A DNA stretch of 64,000 bases. It comes from Fimbriosthenelais zetlandica (Eukaryota). Positions within the stretch are counted from its first letter, which is position 1, and the number at the start of each line of letters is the position of its first letter. Both the position numbers and the translations under genes were made by a program. The stretch lies in assembly GCA_977030845.1 (NCBI GenBank), contig OZ365115.1:8122001-8186000 (forward strand), written 5' to 3'. This document shows, in pieces, positions 24,146-39,060 of the stretch. The notes below the pieces were generated by a model. The model was given only the letters and a program-made list of their open reading frames with translations, was not told the origin of the DNA and did not search any database.

Positions 24146-24328
24146 AAAGTCCTTCTCGGAGCATTTAAGTATCTCTCAAATAGAGCCCTCCAAGGGCATC
24201 TAAGGGCATTCAAGTATCTTGCAAACAAAGTCCTTCTTAGGGGATTGAAGTATATTGCAAACAAAGTCTTTCTTGGGGCATTCAAGTATCTACTAAAGCC
24301 CTTCTCATGGCATTGAAATATCTTGCAC
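24146..24328 (+). repeat. 36-bp minisatellite (~5 diverged units)
   Basis: Consensus AAAGTCCTTCTYRGGGCATTCAAGTATCTTGCAAAC; the period of 36 keeps reading frames open on both strands. Confidence 0.85.
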
Positions 24329-27300
24329 CTCTATACCAAGGAAATTTCTTTCAAATAAAACCCTAATAGGCTAAGGGACATTGTGAAGCTTCTGACCTTT
24401 TCAATGAGTCTCTTCCTAATGCATCGAACATAACTGAAGAAAAGCTGAAAGGACCAGAGACCTATGTAGCTGATCTCAATACAGCTTACTATGTGAGGTG
24501 ATAAGATGATGTACCAGCTGCCAACCCAAAGTCCTCAACCCCACACCCAATCTGATAAGGCACTTCCGTTTTAATATGCTAATCATTGCGAATGGCAAAC
24601 AGCACTGTGGTGGGAGAGCAGGCTGGGAGAGATAAGGGATGGGAGAATTGCCTTAGTTTGCCACCTTTAAAAAAATGGGTCAGCCGCACTAGGGAAAGCA
24701 CTCTCTGGTATTCAAGAGCATTTAAATCAAACTGGCGACTTTTTGTGTAGTCAATATGTATTGGGGGAGAGCTGCTATGTATTGAATGAACAGTAGCAGA
24801 GAGTGCTTCGCTTATGGGTCCGTATCTTAAGCTCACGCGCTCCCAACAAAAAAGGCAATTCAATAAATTTAGGCTGAAGAGATTAAACATTCAGCCCCTG
24901 CTCAAAAGTATGAACATTTTTGGCCGAGAAATTGTTGGGAGCATAAAAATTCTTAGGCTAAAACATTATTAAAGTTTTTGGAAAATGGGGGTTACAGACA
25001 ATGATATGTGTCAAGGATTATACAAATATTATACGTAGAATACATCCCCATACATTTTGTCGTCGCCTCAACAATGGCTGAGAGACTGGTGAGTTTTTCT
25101 CAGGCAGAGACATATCAATAAATCATCGCCTACTCTCAGCACGGACAAAAAATGTCCTGGCACTCAGCGACCATCTCGGTATATATATCGCTGGATGGTA
25201 TTGAGACATTATTTCCTGCCTTCCATTTTTTTTCTTTCCTTCAAGATGTCGTTCATTCTGAGGTTTTGAGATTCCACTCACATACACCCGAAGAAAAAAA
25301 ATCTTATTGGATGTCTCACTTCGATACGGTATATTTCTAGAACAGGGATATCAAAGATCCAATGAAGAATCATATGGCATACGGCAACAATGCATATTAA
25401 ACAACAATCATACAGAAATTATTCAATGCTTCGCAAATAACATAATGATAGTGTATGACCTCAGTGACTCCAGCCTAGAGTAGACTAAAAGCGCCATCCA
25501 TCTCAAATAAATCCCCGCTGACTGACAAAATATTTCCCCTGGCACAGACCGGGGATTTTTCCACCGTGATCAACATCTTTCGTTATACCGCGGGTCTGAT
25601 CCTGCCAGCTTCAGAGTTATAAATAAGCTCATGAATCCAATCACTCTTTTTTTCCATTCTATCAGTCTACCTTCCCTGTCTTTTATTCCTGCCTTTATCT
25701 CTATCTCTGTCTGTCTATTTTGCATTCTTTCCTATCAACACATGTATCTCTATCTCACTGAACATCTCTTTTACTCACTCTCCTCCATCTCTCTATACCT
25801 TCATATATCTCTGTCTATCTCCCACTTGCCCTCACCATGAAGATAGCCCAAGCTGTTGACATGGAGTTATATCCAAATTAATCTATCCATCCTCACTCTC
25901 CCGCCCCTTTACACTCTCCCTATCGTTCTTTCCTTTTCGTGGGATAAAATTACTGTATTGTTAACATTAAATATTGCAACATGATACGACAGGCCTGATC
26001 TCGACGGGGCCATCTTGATGTAAATACCGCCAGGGAATTCAATTATATCATTGTGGAGGAAAAACAACTAAATCTAGCTGTTTACATCCTTGTTTCCAGG
26101 TACTCCTGTTCAATTTGTGTCCACGATTTGTAAAGCATTAAGCATATGTCCCCAGTTCTGTATAAACACACAAAAACATGATAGATGTGTCAGCATTAAG
26201 TATCGTGATCTAGCAGCGGAAAGCTGTAAACATAGCCATCAACGTCTACAGATGCCTCAACATAACACAGGCCTGGCTTCATGTTACAAAATAAAGGCAT
26301 TCGCACACTGGAGGCGTGTGACAGCCAACATCAAAACACACGAGAATGAAACTCAAAGGTGTCTAAATGCGCTAATATGCATGCTCCTACAATGTATGCC
26401 AATACAAAAAGGCAGACGCAGGGTTGATGCTTTTGAATCAAAGCATTTTGATATTCAAAAGTAAAACAATTTCACAAGTGTCAGATGTCATATGCACCTC
26501 AATTGACAGTGGAAATGCTCAACTTTGGTCGGACACATATATATGTATGTTAATGTCTGAAAGTCTACGCAGTACCTGTGACACCTTGTTGTTGCGGTAC
26601 TCCATCAGTGTTTCTGCATTCCAGCAATAATCGTGGAAAATTAATGTGAATGCCCAAAAATGAGAAACAGACGCATGCATCCAGTGTGTGAGTACGTTAG
26701 AGTAACAAGTTGCTGTGGTCACACGGGCAGGCAAGGCAAACAGTCATGATTCTCCTTATGATGTAATATTATGAGGGTAATATCGGGGGGAGTAGCTCGG
26801 AGATGGACGTGTTTTATTACTCGGTGTTAGTGGTGATATTCAGGAGCACAGTGGGGAGGGCTGGCACTGTGCTGAGTGATGTGTGTCAACCATTTTTCTT
26901 TCATACATGAAACATGTCTGATGTCCATTTGTATAAGTGGCATTTACTCATAGCAAAAGTTCTGGCTTAAAAAGACAAAGGCTTAAAAAGACAAAAGAGA
27001 ACAAAATTCAAGCCATTGGCTAGATGGATTTTGGTCTCATATGGTTATTCAAGATGGACTCCAAAGTTATATAGAGGCTTATCTATAATGCATTAAAATT
27101 AAATCACATCAAGCATGCAGTCGACACATAATTAATGATACCTATGGCTATGCAATATAGCTCTGTCGGAGACTGTTTTCAATGAGACTATTGCAGCTTC
27201 TACTTTAACATTTATAATACTGCTGACTGCATGGCAGAATATATTGTTTCTTCTGCTTCTCTCTTAAAAATTATATGAAATAGAAACAGTTCGATAGGAG

Positions 27301-30300
27301 AATAGGGCGTGGGAGGTGGGGAATGGGGGATTTTCCATGAAGTTTTTCCAGGTAGGGACACCACATGTGAGAAGAAGTTTCACCTTCTTGAACTGACCAG
27401 TGGTGGAGGGCTGTATACTAGCCCCCTGAGTGACCATGATGTAAGGTGATGACTGACCGCTGTCATCGCTTTATGAGACTCGCTGTGGAGGTTTATGACC
27501 ATGGGCGGTCATAAAGTGAGGTCAAGGTGATGTTCTCAGTTGGACCATGCTATGTTGGTCCGTTGACAGAGGGCTCTCACAGGGCCCTTCTGACCTTTAT
27601 GTTCTGGCCATGTGAGGACAAATTATCATGGCTCTCAGATTGTACGTTACGTCATTATTTACAGTTAATGTTTTCACAAAAGCCTTGAGTGGGAAGAACT
27701 GGAGTGAGTGAGTAATGCGTTCTTTAACGTCTTGTCAGCATTGTTTCAGCTACAATTGCAATTTTCCATTGCAACTCAACAATTAGCAAACATGCTGTTG
27801 GCACACATCAACAGCAACGATTCTTTTATATACATTTGTAACTCTCACCACAGTTATTAAAGTGGTAGACATGACTGGCTTTAGATGTACATATTTCAGT
27901 TAGCAGTACTGAGTGGGGAAGGACAAATCACAAAGGCAAATTGGGAAATGTTGGGGGCTTGAGTGGAATGAGATAGAGTGGAAGGAAAAGGTTCATAAGC
28001 GAAGCTACAAAGATTTGTAAGCAAAGAGTTAGTGTTAATATACTAAACTATATTTCATCCGTAAAACACCTTGCAATACAAGCCAAAAGAAGGGGGAAAT
28101 GTACGGTAGATCGCAGAAAAACATGCACAAGTAAGATGGTGGTGACCTTTACACAACTAACGGAGGGATTACTTAGATTGCATGTTTAAAACATGTAGTG
28201 GGCTGGGCCTGCCCGGGAGACTAATGGATCATCAGTGAACAATCGCCCTTTTTTCTAAGGACAGCTTCCATAGGAACGTGTGGGCTCTTCTCAGACTTAG
28301 CTATGTATAAAATCCACATGGGAACACTGGTGGAAGGTGGAACGCTCCTCTGTGAGGGATATGTCCTTTTAAAGCTGCCATATAATGAGACCTTTTTAAA
28401 ACTAATATATAGTGCTGCCGGTTTGATATGGCATCCCTCGACTGGGATATATAAGGGCTGCCGAGGGCATTCAAAATGCAGATCTGCTATGATCAGAAGT
28501 TCAATACTCAACCTTCAAGGTTGAAGATTTTTCAGCTTGAATACTGAGCGATTCAGAAATGTTTATCTTTCGGTTGCAAGTTGGGGCTCGGGCATAAAAC
28601 TTTTAACCAAATGGGAATTAAATCCACGGGAGACAAACCTGTGACAGTAATGACACTGATGCCAGTCGGAATTTAATGACTGGAATTGGAGGAAACGTTA
28701 TGTTATTAGATTTATTACCCTAAAATGTTAATGCTGAGAGAGGGAGTTTTTATAGTTAACTTTTATTGCTCAGCTTGGTTGGCCAATATGCAAGAATGAC
28801 CTTTAAAGGCTTTCTCTAGGCCTATGACTATAGTACGACATTGTGTCTCATGTAGCGAAATAAAAGTCATCATATTATGTATCGATAGACAATTTCTCAC
28901 AAAGAAAATAACGAAATCAGTTGACTGATAAAGGGTGCCAATATATAGACAGAGGGAGTGATGGGAGCTGAAATGTAGAGGGAAGGCTCAGGTTATTGAC
29001 AGAAGGACAGAACATGAGCCAGATGGAGAGGTAATATGGAGAGGAGGAGATAGAGGGAATGCTAAAATAGAGAAATGCTCTGGCTATACATCATGTCTCC
29101 TTCAGTGTAATAACCCATCAAACAGAGAGTGCTCCCAAGTGGCCTACAGAACCTGGCCATCATTGCTAAGAGTGCTGCGTCCTCTTGATAAGTTGTTGGA
29201 GATACAAGTGGCAAGCAATCAGATTCTGGCAGAATGAAGTGGAAACAGGTCCAGGGATAGACGCATGCTATATGAATGATGCATCACAGGCAGTCTATAG
29301 TGGGTTTAAATATAACCGAAAATACAAATGTATATAGAGGTGAAAGAAGGAATTAGAGAAGATTATCTCTCTGAGAATTCGTTCTTGTCCTATGAGGCAC
29401 CACCCTCAGACTCCGATTTAGGAGATTCTGTTGGTATTTCAGAAACTCATTTTCACAAATCTATTTACCTCAGCATAGGACATAGGCCCACTGCATGACC
29501 ATCCCTCAGATATAGGCAAGCAGAATCTCAATAGTGGTTGTCCCAGAAGCTTTGTCAACTGCAAATTTGGGTAAGCTTTAATCCGAATGTGGTTCACCGG
29601 ATCCATTTTCCGATAGTTACTGCATATTACCTAGACCAAAACAGTTGTTTAGGTAATCAGAGTAGATATCAGAGCTTGTTCTAGGTGATGAAACTTTTCA
29701 ACCGGGCTGTAAAACAGTTTGTTACTCGTCCAGGCCTATTTAACAGATCGTCCTGACAATTCAGACAATCAGAAAAAGCCATCTTGGCCAAGTCATTGAC
29801 ACTCTTCAGATTGCACAGCTCTCTTTCACAGTTTTTAGGGAACCTGGTTCATGAAACCAATTATGGAAATTAAATGCATTTCTTTCCACCGAGACTGTCT
29901 CCTCAAAATCACCGCCTCCGGTTGTCAACATTTCTTTCACATTATCCCGTGTTCATCCTTCAGATTTTGGACTTCCAATAACACCAATAAATTACATGTT
30001 TGATTTTCATTATTATAGTTCTGGCAAAATCATAACCCCGAAGATTCTTCATAATTATTGAGGTGGTTCGGCACTGATGTAAAATGATGCTATTTTGGGG
30101 ATCTGTTATAAACTAAGACAGAGACTGTTGCATCCAATAAGTAGAGTGGAGAGACAGGGGATTGCACAGCCATCCATCCTTGCCTTAATCCTCAGGTAAT
30201 CCTCTCCCCTTATATCCCCACCAGAAGGATAATCAGCCGCGGATTACATCATGTTGCTCTTACTGCAAGTACACACGCATAGATCCACAGTGGGACATGC

Positions 30301-30844
30301 AATATACCAAGGCAAACATAAGTACAGTGCTCCCACCCCGCTAAACCGACCACCCACAAAAACCAACAATGTTTTTCAGGTCCCACTTTCCTTACATTTC
30401 TGTTACATTTAGAATAACCCCTAAAGCGACCACCTCCTTATAGGGAGAACACTTTTGGTCTGTCCCCAAGTGCTTAGGATCACAAAATGAAAAAGAGACA
30501 GCTCTGCGAGCGTAACTGACCCGCAAAAAGTCTTCGGAAAAGTAGAAGAATGATTAATTGATGCCGAAAATTGAAAGTCGATTAAAAATTCAGGTAACTG
30601 GAAGAGGTAACACCATCTTCTCCCATGAGGGAACTGAGAGCGAATGTGGCTTCTTCGATTAAAGCGCCATATTGAATGACTAGGCTAATCTGAGGTGGTC
30701 GGGTTTAGCACCAGGCAGAACAGCCAACTCTAGAAAGCTGAAAAGTGGGATTAAATGTTTGATTTCAGGAACCATATCTCATTTCAACATCTGGAGCGTT
30801 TTAGTGCACTAAGACCTACAGGAGATTCTAATGTTCGCAACTAG

Positions 30845-31060
30845 AAGGAGAAGAATAAGAAGGATGTTCGGGAATTAGGAGGAAGTGGGAAGAGGGAAGA
30901 AGAGAACAAAACATGAGTTAGAGAAAAAATTCAAAAGAAGGAGGATGGAGGGTATTTGGAAGAAGAGGGAAAAAGAGGGAATAACTTAAGAGAATAGGGG
31001 AGGAATGGAAAGAGAAGAAAACAAGAGTGAGAACAGAAAAGAAGAAGAGACTGGTGGGTA
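30845..31060 (+). repeat. GA-rich low-complexity tract
   Basis: Near-pure purine run; source of the two hydrophobic minus-strand ORFs at 30918-31158. Confidence 0.8.
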
Positions 31061-32125
31061 AGGGACATTTCATGTCGGCGTGGTGGTGAAGTAGTAGGTG
31101 TGTGGGGAGGTGTAGAGGGTTGATGACAGGTCTGACAGAGTGGGTGACAGGCATTCACACCTCACTGTCTTCACAGCTTTTATACTGCTTTTATGGCTGC
31201 CTACTCATTCCATACTCCCAACACTCCTCCCTGAGAAAACATCAAGATATAGTAATGTCCTATCTAGATATGTTAGATTAAGATACTATTTTCGGTGGTT
31301 TAATTAATTATGTTCAACCGAAGCCTGGATATTGGCTGGATCGTATCTGATGATTCCATTGCACTGACTGAACGTAAGAATTCTAAGTTCGGCGATTGGG
31401 ATGAAAAGCTTTAACCAACCGGATTGAGGTATGAATGCAAGCGACATCAGCGAAAAACATGTGAAAATCCAATTTGACCAAATACTTGGTAAAAAGGACG
31501 TAAAATTTGCAGCTGGCTAAGCAGACAGTGTCTGGTACTGTTTGATTGAGTTGGGGACTGAATGGAGTGGTGAGAAATGCATTTAGGAGAAAAAACGTGA
31601 GCAGAATCGGTGAACATTAATTCAAGCAAGAAACGGGGACATGGGTTTAATTCCCTCTAAAATTCCAAACTCCCTTTTCATTCCTCCCCTTACTTGCACA
31701 GCTGAATGAGATGCCACAGAATACTGGCAGCAAATGGTACTCAATCATTGAGTTTGGAAGCAAAAGGATATATTTTGCTGTGAAATCAAAGCATCGTGAC
31801 TTTAGAATGGCAGTCAAGGACTGACATGTGACAGTCTGGGAGCGTTTGTCAGACATGGGTCCCACTTTAATAACACTGGGCCCTTTAGCCTATTAAATCA
31901 ATAATGGCTATAGCGACAAAGACACGATAGAGACCCAGCGGGGTACCGCATTTTAATACCATTATTGGTTTCAATTCAATTTTTAAAATTGAACACAAAT
32001 TCTCTCCAATCTGTTACCATAATTATGTGGTATTGTATTTTTAACCTTGCTCATGGAGCTAAATAGTGTAATTCCAACCCTGCTCAAGCAGTTTATAGTG
32101 TAGATTCCTAAGCAGTCTACGGTCA

Positions 32126-32226
32126 AGAGTATTTCCAAGGCCTGTTCATGAATTCTAGTGTATTTCCAAGCCCGTTCATGTTGTGTAGAGTATTACTTAA
32201 CCCTGTTCATGCTGTGTAGTTTATTT
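32126..32226 (+). repeat. 30-31-bp tandem repeat x3
   Basis: Units AGAGTATTTCCAAGGCCTGTTCATGAATTCT / AGTGTATTTCCAAGCCCGTTCATGTTGTGT / AGAGTATTACTTAACCCTGTTCATGCTGTGT. Confidence 0.85.
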
Positions 32227-34790
32227 GTTTCAGCTGCTCATTCCATGCTCATTGAGAGGTGGCTATATTGGTTGTAACATTGTGGTTGGCATGCAGCATA
32301 GCATGTCAGGATCACATTGTCAAACCACGAGAGGCAATGGTTAATGGTTCCATGATACGAGGTCAATGGTAGGGGCAAAGGTTTCCTCGTAATGTTCAGA
32401 CATTTGTTTGGGTTTAGAGAGTGCCTGAGAGCATGAAACTACATAATTTACTTTGATACCTTTCCATCTCATTCACACTGTTCAATTCAAATTATGAGAA
32501 AATTAAAATTTTCAGTTAGCATCAAATTTTCTTCTTTTAATTCTAAAAGATATTTTGTGGCTTTGATAATAGACAGGAAATTTATCAATGAATTATCAAT
32601 GACTGTGGGAGACAAAGTTTTCTGTGTAAAAACTTAAAGAAGCTGAGACCGTAATCATAATTTTTCTGTCACTTGTTGCACAACAGAATGGGAGGTCGTT
32701 CATGTGTTTTTAGACCTATTAGTCGTATTTAAGCGTGATTATGATCATACTTTGCATTGTTTCATAAATAATTCATTTCCTCGCGTGACTTGAATGATTA
32801 TCTCTTAATGCTTCAAGTCAAAAAGTGCTAAGAGCTAGGATGGCGTGTTGCCGGTCACAATGCGAGGTATAAATATCGCCGCTTGCTACCAGGGGAGGGA
32901 TGGCTGCGGTTTTTTGTCAGTGCTTTTTCCTGTTCCGTCACTGCATGGAAATGGAAAGAGATTTAAGCCAGATGGCTTTTTCGTCTATACATTTTGGCTT
33001 AGCAGCATCAAGGCGAGGGGTATCATTAAGCATAAGATACGTCAACAGGCTTTTAAACGGACAGAGAGAAATATCGACAGACAGGCAACCTAGAGACCTG
33101 AGAAATGCCATCAAAATAGTTCCTGCAAAATTGAGAGGGCGCATTAAATTTGATTGAAATGTTACATGGAATGTATCGACGGCAGGAGGATAGAGGGCAG
33201 GGGACTCATACATGATATGAGCAATTATATTTCAACAGTCATCCAGCAGCAAATTGCCCTGTGTCGTAATTTGTAACCTGGCTTCAGGCATCTAGTCTCA
33301 TTTACTTTTATGTGAGGCTCAAATGGCCAGTCCTCATGCTACTCTTTGAGCCCTGGAGGTATCCCTTGGATTTGTATGGCCGTAAAATTCCTGGGGGCAT
33401 AAATGGAACATTTAGTTTCATTTATCAGTTATAGAATATGATAGGTTTGCACTCTTGTTATTTCAGAGATCTAGACTAATAGGCCTACCGAGGATATTTC
33501 AATGTTGATAATAAATTCCTGGATTTTTGAGATAAAATTATAGATAATAATATTATAGGGATAGTTTGTATAGTCTCTCTCTCCCCGTCTCTCCCCTTAC
33601 CTGCCCCTTACTTCCCTCCTCCCATCAACACGATGACTATTAAAAAACCCCCGCGGGTGCAACTCATTCTCCCTTGCAGCACTAACTCCGCCCATCCAAA
33701 ACTTCAAATAACAAGCCACAAATTAAAGTCCTGTGATGCACCAAAACACCCGCAGTCACAAATGTTACCTGCCGCTACTCTCTGCACGGTTGTCAGTCCA
33801 GTCTTCAGTCTGTTTTGACTTTTACACTCGGCCACCAATGTGTGTGAATGAAACATGTTACATGAAGCGTACAAAAAGAGGCAGGGTCCGGAAAATTGAC
33901 CATGATTGAAGCGCAAAAAAGCGGTCATACATTCACCGGATCCGCTCCACAAGTGATAGAGAAAGTTCACACTTTAACCATTGAAAAATCTAAAATTATA
34001 CTGTAATATTTAGTCAGTACCTTTCTCTGATTTAATATATGGTTAATTCTGAGTGATATTCTAGTACTCTTTCGTTGAAATAAATATTCTGTCTTAAGAA
34101 TTGTGTCAGCCTTATCTTACTGTTTAATTAAATTTAAATGATCAATACATTACATTTCAAAAATCACGTTCAAATATATTGATTTTTGATTCAATCTACC
34201 TGTAAAGCGGACTGAGAAAAACCTGACTAAAATACCAAAAATTCGTATGAATACATACCACCAGTATGAATACATGCTACCAGCCCACTGTATGTTTAAG
34301 AATTGTTCTTTATCATAAACCGACAGACGAATTACATTTCCCAAAAAAGATTTTAAGAAATACTAATGTAAGTATTAATTCTAGGCTAACTTCTTTGTCA
34401 AGAAACATGGGAAGGAGAGGGATATCAACCACACCAGTTCACCTGAGACAGAGAGGGAACAATTGGCTTGTTGAAGCCCATAATTATTTCTGGTTGGAAG
34501 GTTGGAACCAGAATCTTGAGAAGAATAGGAGAAGAACAACGGTGTAATGGAAGAGAGCCATGTCACTGTGTCGGTGACCAAAAAGCAGGAGACAGTTAAA
34601 AGCCAGAACTCCAGGTAACTCTTCACACCACCCATATGCCAATAAGTCTTGCCCCAGTCCTAATCTTATGCACCGAATAGTTTTTTTCCAATCCTGAAGC
34701 AACTAAATTAAACATAATTTTTTTCTAAATTAACTTGGGAAAGAACTACAGAATGTTCAGATTCTGAAAGTCTGTATAATTAAATTATGC

Positions 34791-35073
34791 CAACTAGGTC
34801 TGCCCCAACCCTGAACTTTTGATAAGTATATTGAGAAAAACTCGTCATGTACCAAATATTTATTTCAGCTAGCAACTGAATTCAATTAACCCAAGCGCTT
34901 CTTTATATAACCTCCAGAGATACATGATATAATCTATTAGAACTACACGTAAATCTTGACACCAACCTGCCAACTAGACTTGCCCAAATCATGAATATTA
35001 AGATTAAATTATAGTGAAAAGAACTAGTCATTTTCCAAATATTTACTGCTGGAAACAACTAAATTAACCCATT
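34791..35073 (+). repeat. Old diverged direct duplication (period ~179 bp)
   Basis: CCAACTAG..GCCC..GAAAA..ACT.GTCAT..CCAAATATTTA..CAACT..AATTAACCCA occurs at 34791-34893 and 34970-35073. Confidence 0.65.
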
Positions 35074-38000
35074 TTGCTGTCTTTTCACTCTTTTTGTTAA
35101 CTTCAAGAGATAATGTATATGTGGGTATGATATCTTACAGCTGGCTAAATGCCTAAGGTCAGGTTATAGGGTTAGTGTGTGTAAGGTAAGCCAGTCATGG
35201 GTTAATCGCTTGGATTAGCACCCCACACTACCCCCAACCCTGATCTCTTTCATACTGTATGATCAGCAAGTCAAAATGTCCTGACCTCAGGTGAAAAGTC
35301 ATGGCGTCAGAAACTAGGTTGTGATATCGTTCATGTGGCATGGTAAAAGTCAGATTATTGATGAGAATATGTGATATATATAAAACATGGATCACTGGGT
35401 CGATATTCTGTCTTATTTATAACATAATGTTAAGGGTTTATCCATAATTTGGATACTTCTTGGGTGTGCTTATGATAAGCCTATCAATAAAGCAACAGAA
35501 TAAGTTGGCGAATCCAAGCAACAATCTAACATCAAGGTGATGGAATTTGTCTCAAATTTCCAGTTCAATCAGTTTCACAAGAAGGTGAGAAGATCAGATC
35601 AAATTCACCTTAAAATTAACTCTTTAAATTTTACAGTTGTTTGAACAGTTGCTTGAGTCAATAGATCTTAAATCCAATCAATTTGAATTTCAGTTTCGTT
35701 TTCCATTTTTGTTTATATCCATGTCAAAAAGTGGTTTATTTTAACAAAATCTAAGCCTAACAAACCGGCCTTGAATATGAAGGAGCACACGCCTATATCT
35801 GGGTTGTGTTTTGTTGGGGGATGTTATTCTAAGGTAAATATTGACAGAACATGAGTGTTTCCATGGTGGACTATCAAGTCACTAGGTCATAATCTGCTCC
35901 AGTAGAATGTAGAGGCCTCCCTCCACATAGAACACCTCTAGGACCGTATACAAATGGACCTATGAAAGGTGATCTGAACGATGAAATATTTCTTCAGAAA
36001 TAATTTAAAAAACACATTTAAATGGAATAAAATAATCTAAATAAAAAAAACTATGTGGTCAAAGTTTGTGTCTTGTCTCACCTGGCTCTGGCAGTCGTCA
36101 GGCTTTTAGTGTCTGGGTCAGTTCACCTGAATTAGACTTGCTTGGGTCAACGCCAGGGAAAATTTGCTGGTGTGTTAAAACACAGGTGGTTCACATTTTT
36201 ACCCTGCAAACCTACTCAATCACAAGCTATTTTACCGAGACAACTCTGCAGCATCTTTGTCAAGAATGTTCATATGGCTACCTCAACTGACAGTAAAATA
36301 TGCAGCAAAATAATGTGAAAAACATCATTTGATTATATGATGCTTTAAGGTGTTTTATTTAGCATTTAGGAATGTTTACACACCATTCTCTTTTCAGGGT
36401 ATTTTCAGAATGTCTCTAAAATGTTTGCATTCGAAATCTATCACTCTTGGAAGTGAACATGGCAAGTTGTATATTCGAGATTAAAATCTCCTTAATTTCA
36501 TAGACATTTCTCATAAAATAAAGATATTGTAAAGATGATTATATCTGCAAGCCAACCGATGCCAGGGCAGCTGAACAACAACAGTGAGTGACCGATTTTT
36601 ACTTAGAGGCGATATATTTTATCAGCCCTTGACCATCTCCCTCTTATCTCTCTCTGACTAGACTTCCTCCTGCCTTGTCTTGGCGAGGTTTGTGGAACAT
36701 GATTTGTACAGTTTTACACTTTTTTCTCTCTCACTCTCACTCAGTCGTTACATCTTTTTTCACCGGTATTGCACTGGGAACCTGGAGGCCAGAGGAAGTG
36801 GGTGTAGTACTCGGGGGCACACTTCATCAGTATGGGTATGAATAGAGCAGAGACTTGGACCACGCCTTGGCTATATTTCTTGCAAAGAGCACTAAAATAT
36901 GGTCCAAAAGTAACCGACCTGTTGAAAACTCTGCAATCAAGTGAAAAGCCATTGCACTACAGCCTTCTTTTCATTTCATCTGCAGTTTCAGTTCGTATAA
37001 ATCTTTTCCCATTGCAGCACTCTTTTCATTTCGTCGGATGTTTTTTGTCTGAGAAAGTTTTTCTTCAGTCATTTGTAATTCTCTCTAAAGGGAGTAGCCT
37101 TGGGCTCGCACGGCCCTTTCTTTTCATTTCATTTGACATTCCAGTCAATTTTGTTTCTGTCGACCATTACAAATTACAAGCAACCTTGATTCCACAGACA
37201 AGATCCGGCCAAAAGCTGCGGATGGCAGATATATGCCAACCCAGACAAAACCATTAAGTTCTCCACTATAAATACCCTCCACCCACAAGCTGGGGCAGAG
37301 AGGAAATTAGATTTGATAGGGGAGTAGTGGTGTGGAAGTGGCGGTCTGACACTGTCATTTCCTTCAGGTTACAGCCTCTTCACAACTGTTTCTCATGCCT
37401 GCAGAACGGCTTCTATACTACTCTCTGCAGCTTTATGTCGCTTAGCCGGAGATTGAAATTGAAAGAGGGGAAAAGGAAGAGTTCAGGTGAAATGATGCTT
37501 TTTGGCTTTGTCTCTTTGGTGTGCATGGTAAAAGGTCTTTCCTGTTTGATGAAGTGGTTGATCAAAATGTTTCAACGGTAGAATTACCGCACGATGTCAG
37601 AGGGGTTTTGTCAGGGGTATTTATCATTAATTCCACCGTTTAATTTATTTTCAATTACCTGTCTTGCATGTCTTTTAAGATTCATTCCCAATATTGATTA
37701 AAGGGGCACAAAACACTAGCATAATGTAGGTTTTTAAAAGAAAACCTGTAGATTTTGGTACGATGACGATTCTGGTGAACAAGATTCCCTAGGCTAAAGC
37801 AGATAGAATGCAATCAATATATATGAAACTGACTCAGACTGTAACTTATTGAATGGATCAAAGGTGCTGGAGAACCTTTGTAAAGGAGAAGGGAAATGTA
37901 AAGATCAAGGGGGTCACCTCTAGAAGCTATAGGTCTGTCCCTTTAGGCAGACTTCTGGGTGCTGTATAGGATATATATAAATACCAAGCAGCTTATTCCC

Positions 38001-39005
38001 GGCTTAGTGTATTAACACCTGCTGAAGGTCAGTATAATCCAAGCCTAAGATCCAATACACAGAATCTAACGGATCAAGCTTCATGATCTATATCTAAAAC
38101 GCCTTCCCACTCATTTACACTAAATAGGTGGGAAGGAATGAAGAGTTCATCAGAAGGCTATACCTTAACTGGGGATTTTTCATTGCGCATCTAAATCAAA
38201 TTGGAGGAAAACTGGGTACTATAGGAAATAAAATTATTAAAATTTACCTGCATTTATGATCGCTTAGTGAGTCCCAACTTCAATGGCAGTTTTAGTTTAA
38301 TAGTTTACATCATTCGTTACTGTTTTTTCTTATACGAGCATATCATTATATAACCAAAGCTTAGAGTACAATATCTCCAAACGATAACTTGGATAACGTG
38401 AACTTTAATGTTATTATCCTCAAGTGAACAGGTGCAAGCATTATAAGTGACCTATTAAGAATAATTGCCAGCTTTCCACAGTCAACTGTCCAGCAATATT
38501 AAAAGCTACTTATACACTGCAAAAAGGGCGTCTACAGAACGTCGGAATTTAAACGCAAAAAAAAACGTTTATGTCTACTGAGTGTCCAAAATATAGACGA
38601 TAACGTTTTTTGAACGTTTTTTGAGACGCTTTGTGACGCTATTTTATGGGTATAGACGTTTTGGGTACGTTTTGAGTACGCCAAAAAACACTAAATAACG
38701 CAAAAAAACGATTCAGAGACGATTTTTGAAACAAATGCGTCTTCAAATTGTCAACTGTCTCATGGTACAGGATCGTCTCCTAAATGTTCAGTGTCTTAAG
38801 TTTAATAAGAAATTGTGTCGACTGTCACCGGAATGTCAATGTTCCTCCCGAATTATATGGGTTACAGATTCCCACAAGAGGGGGTATGAGGGGCCATGCT
38901 ATAGTCTAGTGCGCTGCCACCTGTTATGTGTAGCACAATAGTGATGATGCATGGATAAAATTTGGTGTACATTCACAATGAGGGTTCGATAATTAAATGC
39001 GTTTC

Positions 39006-39060
39006 CAGGGGCAGATGCAGTATTTTCAAAAGGGGGTTGCGCGGGGGTTACCTCACCGGA
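39006..39060 (+). mobile_element. 5' end of the CAGGGGCAGATCCAG-family element nested in the CACTA element
   Basis: CAGGGGCAGATGCAG is a 14/15 inverted match to CTGGATCTGCCCCTG at 62889-62903. Confidence 0.45.

Noticed and set aside
24146-24328. CRISPR array
   Set aside because: Units are head-to-tail and diverged without unique spacers, the context is eukaryotic, and there are no cas genes. The same applies to 32126-32226.
36832-37257. 141-aa ORF
   Set aside because: No domain, splice or codon-bias evidence; composition reflects T-rich DNA.
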